Shown here piece by piece: positions 8,978-15,983 of a stretch of DNA of 64,000 nt. The DNA is from Vicinamibacterales bacterium (GTDB taxonomy: Bacteria; Acidobacteriota; Vicinamibacteria; Vicinamibacterales; UBA8438). Below the pieces are notes generated by a model. It worked only from the letters and a program-made list of their open reading frames with translations. It made no database searches and was not told the DNA's origin. Location: assembly GCA_965208535.1 (NCBI GenBank), contig CBDBOU010000002.1, positions 2,179,701 to 2,243,700 on the forward strand, in the 5' to 3' direction. Every line of letters begins with the position of its first letter. Positions within the stretch are counted from its first letter, which is position 1. The translations under genes and the position numbers were made by a program.

Positions 8978-9210
8978 TTTGGTTGGGGGAGCCAGAGTTG
9001 GCGGTTTGTAGACGGGCAGGGTCGAATCTGCGGGCGAAATCGGCGTGCCGGTACCAAGTGTTGCACTACTCGGTGCCGGAGGGCTGGTTAGATGCGGAAT
9101 CCGGCTGTTTGGTTCCGGGTGAGCCGAAAAAAAGTGTCTCGGAGCTTTTCCATGCCTTTGCTGTGGGTCCCGGTCGGACGGGCCTTGTGTGGACTCCGGT
9201 CCTGCTCTTG

Positions 9211-9358
9211 TGGGGTCGGTACGCTCGGTGAGCCGGGGCCGGTACTTCTCGGTGTCGTTCTCTGCTGGTGGGACACTCGGCGAGTGCTGGCGTCTTCACT
9301 GTCCCGCTCGACGGTTTCGGGAATGTTCCCTGGGATTCTGGGGCCGGTATTCTCGGCG
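9211..9358 (+). repeat. Iteron-like ~20-nt direct repeats
   Basis: u1 is TGGGGTCGGTACGCTCGGTG (9211-9230). u2 is CGGGGCCGGTACTTCTCGGTG (9234-9254). u3 is TGGGGCCGGTATTCTCGGCG (9339-9358). A degenerate copy, TGGTGGGACACTCGGCG, lies at 9266-9282. All are in the same orientation in apparently non-coding DNA. Confidence 0.6.
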
Positions 9359-9520
9359 ATGTCTGCCGGGATTGTCCGCTCGGCGGGTCGTCGTGGTGAG
9401 GATCGTCCTGGGCCGCGTGCGTTCCGTCAGTTGCTGTGCGCTCGGCGGTTACGGGTGGTACGTGCGGCTCGGCGCCTGCGCGCGCTGGGCGGGTGTGTCG
9501 CAGCGAGAACTGGTCGAGAG

Positions 9521-9937
9521 TCAGCGGATGGCGAGGAGTGGTCCGTCCGGATGCCGTGGTGTCAGCCTACGGTTCTTGCAGTCTGCGATCAGGTCGAGCG
9601 CCTCGAGCACCAGCTGGCCGATCAGTACCTCGCTGTTCGGGACCCCGATGATGGCTTCGGTGCGTGTCGAGAGGTTTCCGATCTCGATCGTGACGTCCGT
9701 CACGGGCCGTTCTTCGCGTTGCTCGTTCGCGTAGATGACTGTCCTGGTGCCCCACTGCCGCAGGCCCAGCTCGGTTGCGATCTCTTCGGGGATCACGAGG
9801 CTCACTGCTCCGGTGTCGACGACGCCTTCGATTGTTGTTCGGCGGATGTCCGTCTGGGTGCCGTAGCCGCGGTCGACGACCGCTCGGTCGTCTCTGTTTT
9901 CCAGCGTGACGCTCTGTCGAATCTCTCCCATGTTCAT
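9521..9937 (-). CDS. Stand-alone retropepsin-like (clan AA) aspartic protease
   Basis: The catalytic-type motif VVDTGAVSLVIPEE (D-T-G-A) sits in a protein of about 135 aa, with a later IIGVPNSEVLIG.. segment, as in retroviral-type protease monomers. A GGAG lies upstream of the ATGs at 9937 and 9931. Confidence 0.7.
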   Translation of the reverse strand: MNMGEIRQSVTLENRDDRAVVDRGYGTQTDIRRTTIEGVVDTGAVSLVIPEEIATELGLRQWGTRTVIYANEQREERPVTDVTIEIGNLSTRTEAIIGVPNSEVLIGQLVLEALDLIADCKNRRLTPRHPDGPLLAIR

Positions 9938-10552
9938 GGTTCTCCGATTGTGATGCATCCGGACGCGCGGGTCCAACCCTGCTCGGCGCGTGCGGGCTGG
10001 GTGTTCTTCTTGGCGCCAGCAGCGCTCGTTGCGCTTCGGTTGGATGTTGCGCTCGGCGCAAACGTTCGCTCGACGGGCTCGTTCAGGATGTACTGCTCGG
10101 CGCAGGTGGTGGCGGGCCGGGTCGTCGCTTGGTGTTTTCGGTCACCGGGCCTGTTCCTGCGATGAGCGCGACATGCTGCCGTTTCGGGCGGCGTCCGCCG
10201 GGGGCGGGGCGTCTGGTTGACGTGGCCCTTGTGGAATACGCGCATCCTCTCGACGCCTTCTTGAAGTTGTACCGTTCGGCGCCAGCGGCGTTTCCGGGGG
10301 ACTTCTCGGCTCGGTGGCGGGCGCGCTGTTCTTCCCTAGTCCCTGAAGCGGTCCAGGACGAGCTACAGGCGCGTTCCCAGTCTTACGACGGTCTGTTCGT
10401 CGCCTACGCTGGACGGCTGCTGAGGCGGCGTCTGACGGGTTCTGGCACACGCTCTGTTCTGCGTCGTCGTCGTCGCCGGCGGGTTCGCTGCGCTCTGTGC
10501 GTTCCGATCGGGTCTTGCGCTCGGCGCGTGTCTTCGCTCGGCGCCTGCGTGG

Positions 10553-11026
10553 TCAGTGAACAGTCTCGGCGGGTTCGACGATCTCGATGGATGCGGCGAG
10601 GCGTTCGATCGTTGTCCAGTCGACCCCTTGCGGCGTGAGCTTGTCGCGTTCGTCATCGGGGACCGATTCGCCGACCAGCCGGGCCGTGCGCAAGATCAGT
10701 GCCGCGCAGACGGTCATCGGCCCGCCGGGGAAGTCGGTTCTCGAGAACGGGAAGTGCAGCTTGCGGAACGCTCGCCCTTCGTGGATGACGTGTTCCGTCC
10801 GCGCGATGGCCTTGCCGTCCATCCGGAGACGGTCGATGGCGTTCATGGTCTCTTCGGTCGGATCGATTCGAGGCGGCGCCGACTCTTCTCTCTCGTCGGC
10901 CTCGGTCGGGTACGGAGAGAAGGCTTCCATCAGCGCGACCAGTATCGTGTCGAGGACGGGGACGTCCTTCTCGGTGAGTGCTTGCGGCATGTCGGTTGCT
11001 CGGTCTCTCGGCGCGTCCTGCTTCAC
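10553..11026 (-). CDS. Hypothetical protein
   Basis: Protein-like sequence with no recognised motif (..MNAIDRLRMDGKAIARTEHVIHEGRAFRKLHFPFSRTDFPGGPMTVCAALILR..). The start is uncertain: GTG at 11026 or ATG at 10990. Confidence 0.5.
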   Translation of the reverse strand: MKQDAPRDRATDMPQALTEKDVPVLDTILVALMEAFSPYPTEADEREESAPPRIDPTEETMNAIDRLRMDGKAIARTEHVIHEGRAFRKLHFPFSRTDFPGGPMTVCAALILRTARLVGESVPDDERDKLTPQGVDWTTIERLAASIEIVEPAETVH

Positions 11027-11056
11027 GGTTCCGGTGACGCCGTGCTGTTCAGAAGA

Positions 11057-11515
11057 TTAGAGCGGACTGCGCGTGCCGGCCACCCGGCCGCGGTGCTGCT
11101 GTCGCCGACCCCGCTCCTTGTGCCTGCCGGTCTGTGCCCTTCTCCAGCAGCTCCTTGAGCTTCGACCAGCGCCTGCGCCCGGTGACGTTGCGGACTGCGA
11201 TGGCGACGGCCTTCTTCTGACCGACCAGCAGGACGAGCTTTTTCCGCGGGTCACCGCGGTGCAGAGCAGGTTCCGCTGCAGCATCGTGTAGTGCCGGGTG
11301 AGCTCCGGGATGACCACGGCCGGGTACTCCGAACCCTGGCTCTTGTGGAGGGTGGCGGAGTACGCGAGCACGACGTCGTCGAGCTCGCCGAAGGGTAGAC
11401 GTGCTCTGCGCCGTGGAACCGAGTGGTCAGGCGTTGTCTGCGCCGCCCAGCCGCGGTGACACGTTCTCGGCAGCGTCGTGCCGTTAGTGTCTCTATAACC
11501 GTGTTGCCTGGGTTC
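11057..11515 (-). pseudogene. Decayed duplicate of the recD2 3' end (last ~150 codons)
   Basis: The nucleotide sequence aligns by eye at roughly 85 percent identity to 12454-12905. Fragments read [63 protein letters not shown] and RWSKLKELL in three different frames, which implies at least two frameshifts. Confidence 0.8.
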
Positions 11516-11795
11516 ACGGTGCCCGAAGGACTCGCTGTTGGCTTGACGTCGTCGGGCTTTGGACCTGTGCGGGGCGCGGGATGTCATCCGGCCACGTCAA
11601 CGACTCTGGCCAGTGCTCGGACAGGAACCGAAGGGCCCGGTCTGCGCGCCGGGTCGTGATGGCGTGACCGCGCCGCAGTCGTGTGATGGTTTCGCCGCTG
11701 CCGGTCGCGTGGCGTGAAATCGTCGAGACACTGCGTCCCGTCTGTTCAGCGAGGGTTTCGCACAGCGTCACGAGTCGCCGAACCGTTTCGTCCAT
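11514..11795 (-). CDS. Small HTH DNA-binding protein
   Basis: [44 protein letters not shown].. has an HTH-like segment. It is divergent from the 11896 gene. Confidence 0.5.
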   Translation of the reverse strand: MDETVRRLVTLCETLAEQTGRSVSTISRHATGSGETITRLRRGHAITTRRADRALRFLSEHWPESLTWPDDIPRPAQVQSPTTSSQQRVLRAP

Positions 11796-11895
11796 GGTCC
11801 GGGAGCATGGCACGCATGGAGAGTCGAGCGCAAAGCGGGCAGACACGTAGTGCTGTGGCTCACTCGAAATCCTGGAGCCCACGTCCGGCGCTTTC

Positions 11896-12339
11896 TTGAT
11901 GTTTGGTAACGTGTGCGGAATGCCGCGAGTTCAGCCTGTTGAGTATCTGCGAGGGCTCGTGCGTCAGCGCATTGCGCAGGAAGGCTTGCGACCCTTCTCG
12001 CGGCGCACGGGCATCCCGCTGGGGCAGTTGCGGAGCCTTGCCGAGGGCCGGGCGGTCCGGAGCACGCGCTTGGAGTCGATTGCCGCTGTCCTGGATCTCG
12101 AGTTCTACATCGGCCCGCCGCGGTTGGATTGTACCGTGCGGCACCGGTTGCCCCCTGAGCTCGCGCAAGCTCTCGGTCTGCGCGGAGACGCCACCGTCGC
12201 GGAAGCTGTGGCCGCGATCGACAAGGACGTTTTGGCGTCCCGCCTGCGCGAGGGGCTCAGCATGTTGCGGGATCTACTCGGTAGCGATTCTGTGCACCGT
12301 CGCGATGCTCCCCTGGTGTCGCGGACTGAACCTCGTTGA
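11896..12339 (+). CDS. XRE/cI-like HTH regulator
   Basis: LRPFSRRTGIPLGQLRSLAEGRAVRSTRLESIAAVLDLEFYIG fits a Cro/CI-type HTH pattern. The start is ambiguous (11896 or the internal Met, residue 9 of the track ORF). Confidence 0.55.
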   Translation: MMFGNVCGMPRVQPVEYLRGLVRQRIAQEGLRPFSRRTGIPLGQLRSLAEGRAVRSTRLESIAAVLDLEFYIGPPRLDCTVRHRLPPELAQALGLRGDATVAEAVAAIDKDVLASRLREGLSMLRDLLGSDSVHRRDAPLVSRTEPR

Positions 12340-12453
12340 GCCTGAGGTCTGTCTGACGCTGCTGGTGTTCGAGCTGGCCGGTTTCCCGGCGTCGGGCGTG
12401 GAACGATCTGGAGTTCGTGGCTGGCGGGGGCCGGGCGTTCGGTGTTCTCGTCG

Positions 12454-14721
12454 TTAAGGTCGCCCTCGACGTGTTTCCTGCATTGTCGCATTGCGCTTTG
12501 CCGTTCCCGTACGTGCGCTGTAACGGTCTGCGAAGTCTTGCAGCCATTCGTTGAGCTTCGACCACCGCTTGCGTTCGGTGACGTTGCGGACCGCGATGGC
12601 GACGGCCTTCTTCTGGCCGACGAGGACCACGAGGCGCTTTCCGCGGGTCACCGCGGTGTAGAGCAGGTTGCGCTGCAGCATCGTGTAGTGCTGGGTGAGC
12701 ACCGGGACGACCACGGCCGGGTACTCCGACCCCTGGCTCTTGTGGACGGTGGCGGCATAGGCGAGCACCAAGTCGTCGAGCTCGCCGAAGGCGTAGACGT
12801 GCTCGGCGCCGTGGAACCGGGCGGTCAGCTGCTCGTCGTCCGTGTTCACCTCGGTGACGTTCCCGGTGTCGCCGTTGTAGACGTCCTTGCGGTAGTCGTT
12901 GACGGTCTGCATGACCTTGTCGCCGGGGGCGAAGGTCTGGCCGAAGCGCTCGACCTTGCGCTCGCGGGGCGGGTTCAGCGCCGCCTGGAGCGCGACGTTC
13001 AGCGCCCTGGCGCCGGCGCCGCCCCGGCTCATTGGGCACAGGACCTGGATGTCGCGGAGCGGGTCGAGGCCGAAGCGCTGCGGTATCCGCGTCTTCACCA
13101 GATCGACGATCCGCTCGGTGGCCTTCTCGGGCTCTTCGGCGCGGACGAAGTAGAAGTCGGTGTCGCCGGCGGGCGGGCGCAGGTCGGGGATCGCCCCGCG
13201 GTTGATGCCGTGCGCGTTGGTCACGATGCGGCTCCGCGCCGCCTGGCGGAAGACCTCGGTCAGCCGTATTACGGGGACGGTGTCCGATGCGATCAGGTCG
13301 GCGAGTACCTGTCCGGGTCCCACCGACGGGAGTTGGTCGGTGTCGCCCACGATCAGCAGCGCCGCGGTGTCGGGGACGGCGGTCAGCAACGAGCGCATCA
13401 GCCTGACGTCGACCATCGAGGTCTCGTCGACGACCAGCAGGTCGCAGTCGAGCGGGTTGGCCGCGTCGCGCTTGAAGCGCCCGGTGGCCGGGTCGGTCTC
13501 GAGCAGCCGGTGGATCGTGCACGCCTCCATCGCGGTGGCCTCGGTCATCCTGCGAGCGGCGCGGCCGGTCGGGGCGCACAGCTGCAGCCTGACGCCGGTG
13601 GTCTCGAGGATGCGCAGGACGGTGTCGATCAGCGTCGTCTTGCCCACGCCGGGTCCGCCGGTGACGATGGCGACCTTCGAGGCCAGCGCCAGCCGCACCG
13701 CTTCGTACTGCTGCGGCGCCAGCGACAGGCCGGTCTGCTTGCCGGCGCGCCGGATCGCCTGCTCGACGTCGAAGTCCGGCCAGAGGGGCGCTCCGGTTGC
13801 GAGGCTGGTGAGCCTGTCGGCGATCTCGTGCTCGGCGCCGTGCAGCTCTGCGAGGAACGCGCACGGCGCGCCGGCCACGGTGTCGGCGACGACGGCGCCT
13901 TCGGCCAGCTCGTGCTCGAGCGCGGTCAGGACCAGGCCTTCGGGCACCTCGAGCAGCTCGGCGGCCAGCGGGCGGAGCTCGTCAACGGGCAGTCCGCAGT
14001 GTCCCTTCTTCGTCGCCTCGTCGAGCGCGTAGCCGATGCCGGCGCGCACCCGCGTCATGGCGGTCTTGCTGATGCCCAGCTTCATGGCGATCTCGTCGGC
14101 GAGCTTGAAGCCGATCCCGCGGATGTCGCGCGCGAGCCGGTAGGGGTTGCTGCTTATGACCTCGACGGCGTCGTTCCCGTAGGTCTTCAGGATCCGTACC
14201 GCGCGTGCGGTGCCGGCGCCGTGCTCGTGGAGGAACACCATGATCTCGCGCACGGCCTTCTGCTCGGCCCACGCGTTGGTGATGCTCCCGGCGCGTTTCG
14301 GGCCGATGCCCGGGACCTCGCGGAGCTTGTCCGGCTCGGCGTCGATGACGTCGAGGACCTTGTCGCCGAAGGCTTCGACGAGCTTGTGCGCGTAGGTGCG
14401 GCCGATGCCGCGGATCATGCCCGAGCGCAGGTACTTCTCGATGCCGTGGGTCGACGACGGCGCGGAGCTGCGCAGGAAGCGGGCGTTGAACTGCCGGCCG
14501 TAGGTCGGGTGCTCCCTCCAGTAGCCGGTGGCGGTCAGCCACTCGCCCTCCGTGATGGCGGCGGTTGTGCCGATGATGGTTACCTGGTCGCGGTGTCCGC
14601 GGGCGTCGACCTGCAGCACGCAGAAGCCGGTGTCCTCGTTGCGGTAGCTGATGCGCTGGATCGTGCCGGCGAGCACCTCGCCGTCATTGTCGCGGCGCGT
14701 TGCTGTCTTCTGGGCGTGCAT
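12454..14721 (-). CDS. recD2: RecD2-type (RecD/TraA family) ATP-dependent DNA helicase
   Basis: 755 aa. There is an N-terminal OB/HhH region (VPGIGPKRA, IRGIGFKLAD). Walker A is VTGGPGVGKTT. Other helicase motifs are LLVVDETSMVD, IVGDTDQLPSVGPG, and C-terminal [15 protein letters not shown] / YTAVTRGK. Confidence 0.9.
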   Translation of the reverse strand: MHAQKTATRRDNDGEVLAGTIQRISYRNEDTGFCVLQVDARGHRDQVTIIGTTAAITEGEWLTATGYWREHPTYGRQFNARFLRSSAPSSTHGIEKYLRSGMIRGIGRTYAHKLVEAFGDKVLDVIDAEPDKLREVPGIGPKRAGSITNAWAEQKAVREIMVFLHEHGAGTARAVRILKTYGNDAVEVISSNPYRLARDIRGIGFKLADEIAMKLGISKTAMTRVRAGIGYALDEATKKGHCGLPVDELRPLAAELLEVPEGLVLTALEHELAEGAVVADTVAGAPCAFLAELHGAEHEIADRLTSLATGAPLWPDFDVEQAIRRAGKQTGLSLAPQQYEAVRLALASKVAIVTGGPGVGKTTLIDTVLRILETTGVRLQLCAPTGRAARRMTEATAMEACTIHRLLETDPATGRFKRDAANPLDCDLLVVDETSMVDVRLMRSLLTAVPDTAALLIVGDTDQLPSVGPGQVLADLIASDTVPVIRLTEVFRQAARSRIVTNAHGINRGAIPDLRPPAGDTDFYFVRAEEPEKATERIVDLVKTRIPQRFGLDPLRDIQVLCPMSRGGAGARALNVALQAALNPPRERKVERFGQTFAPGDKVMQTVNDYRKDVYNGDTGNVTEVNTDDEQLTARFHGAEHVYAFGELDDLVLAYAATVHKSQGSEYPAVVVPVLTQHYTMLQRNLLYTAVTRGKRLVVLVGQKKAVAIAVRNVTERKRWSKLNEWLQDFADRYSARTGTAKRNATMQETRRGRP

Positions 14722-14829
14722 GGCGTTCGATGACGGAGTTGACGAACTCGGTGAAGGTTGTCTTCGGTACGCGGCGCGGGTCGTGCGCGGGAGCGTCGGC
14801 GGCGTTGACGCTCAGCTGGATCGACACTG

Positions 14830-14861
14830 GGTAGTGTCTCAGTTTGAACTGAGACACTACC
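14830..14861. promoter_or_regulatory. 32-nt near-perfect palindrome upstream of recD2
   Basis: GGTAGTGTCTCAGTT-TG-AACTGAGACACTACC has 15-bp arms. A third GACACT copy lies just 5' (14823-14828). It is locally AT-rich and has no flanking T-run on either strand. Confidence 0.6.
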
Positions 14862-14941
14862 TGCCTCGTCGCACAGACGGTGCCACAACTGCCGGCGGCT
14901 GGTTACCGTGCAATGCACGGTGTACGTGAATTGCGCCTGCC

Positions 14942-15499
14942 TCAAGACGAGAAGATGTCGTCCACGTGGAGTTCGAGGCCGACGAGGAGCGGCGAGCGCA
15001 GAGTCTCTTGCCGGCGGAAGCTCTTGGTGGGCGCCAGCACGCCCCCGTGTTGGCGATGGATCGAGACGGTCTCGGCGATCGGGTCGACCAGCCAGTACTC
15101 CGTGACACCGTGTCTGCCGTAGAGGTCGCGCTTGGCCCCGCGGTCTGTGTCTGCTGATGAGGGAGACAGGATCTCGATCACTAGGTCGGGTGCGCCCCGC
15201 ACCTTCTGGCCGTCGCTCAGCAGGTGCTCGCGTTCCCGGGAGACGAACAACAGATCGGGCTGCACGACGTCGGTATTGGACAGGAACACGTCGCAGGGCG
15301 CGTAGAAGAGTTCGCCTAGGTCGCGTTCCTGGATGAACTGGTTCAGTTTCTGACCGAGGTTGCGCTGAACCCTCTGGTGCTTGAGATTCGGGGCGGCAAT
15401 CATGATCAGATGACCGTCGAGCAGCTCGTAGCGCTCGTCCTCCGGCGTGGTGAGGTAGTCCTCGTAAGTGAACCTGACGGCGGGTTGCGTGCTCGCCAC
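14942..15499 (-). CDS. Uma2-family (DUF820) PD-(D/E)xK-like endonuclease
   Basis: YELLDGHLIMIAAPNLKHQ.., VVQPDLLFVS and PDLVIEILSPSSADTDRGAKRDLYGRHGVTEYWLVDP match the Uma2 pattern. Confidence 0.85.
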   Translation of the reverse strand: MASTQPAVRFTYEDYLTTPEDERYELLDGHLIMIAAPNLKHQRVQRNLGQKLNQFIQERDLGELFYAPCDVFLSNTDVVQPDLLFVSREREHLLSDGQKVRGAPDLVIEILSPSSADTDRGAKRDLYGRHGVTEYWLVDPIAETVSIHRQHGGVLAPTKSFRRQETLRSPLLVGLELHVDDIFSS

Positions 15500-15694
15500 G
15501 TCGGTGCCTCCCGTTCCCCCGGGTGATCGCGAGATTCATCATAGCGAGTGTCGGGATGCGCGGGGCCCTGCGGGCGGGCGCACGGTTACCGCGCACCATG
15601 TGCACGGCCGCGGGGCCGCCGAGCTGGCTAGATCCCGTTCGGTGCGTTCCGGTTGCTCGTGTCGCTCCGTGCGTTTCGTGGGTGGGTTGTGTTG

Positions 15695-15925
15695 TCAGCT
15701 TGCCGTGTGCTGCTTCATCATAGCCAGGGTCACCAGGCGCCCCAGGGCGTCGGATCGGCATTCGTGTCTCTGACGGTCGTGGAGGCCCTTCAGGGCGTGC
15801 ATCTTTCCGGTGTTCCAGAACGCGCCGTCCTTCCACGCGCGGGCCAGGATCAGCTCGTCGAGCCGGATCTCGACCATATCGTCTCCGCGGGGGAGCAGGG
15901 TCACCGTGGTTGGTTCGCTGTTCAT
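15695..15925 (-). CDS. Small hypothetical protein (76 aa)
   Basis: MNSEPTTVTLLPRGDDMVEIRLDELILARAWKDGAFWNTGKMHALKGLHDRQRHE.. A GGAG lies 7 nt upstream of the ATG at 15925. It is directly downstream of pnkp. Confidence 0.5.
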   Translation of the reverse strand: MNSEPTTVTLLPRGDDMVEIRLDELILARAWKDGAFWNTGKMHALKGLHDRQRHECRSDALGRLVTLAMMKQHTAS

Positions 15926-15983
15926 GTGTGTCTCCATTCCCCCGATCCGGGGGTGGGTGTGGGCGGGTTCCGCGCTCGGCGCG

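Noticed and set aside
7598-9064. GTTGCAC boxes (about 7601, 7966 and 9058), considered as -35-like promoter elements.
   Set aside because: No consistent -10 element at 16-19 nt spacing was found. Three 7-mers are too few to exclude chance.
10129-10638. Plus-strand ORF 10129..10638, which has a locally protein-like stretch (LVEYAHPLDAFLKLYRSAPAAFPGDF..DGLFVAYAGRLL).
   Set aside because: It has many T-ending codons, unlike confirmed genes here. It continues into Arg-rich nonsense and overlaps the 10553..11026 gene. It was kept only as part of the repeat-rich, non-coding or decayed region.
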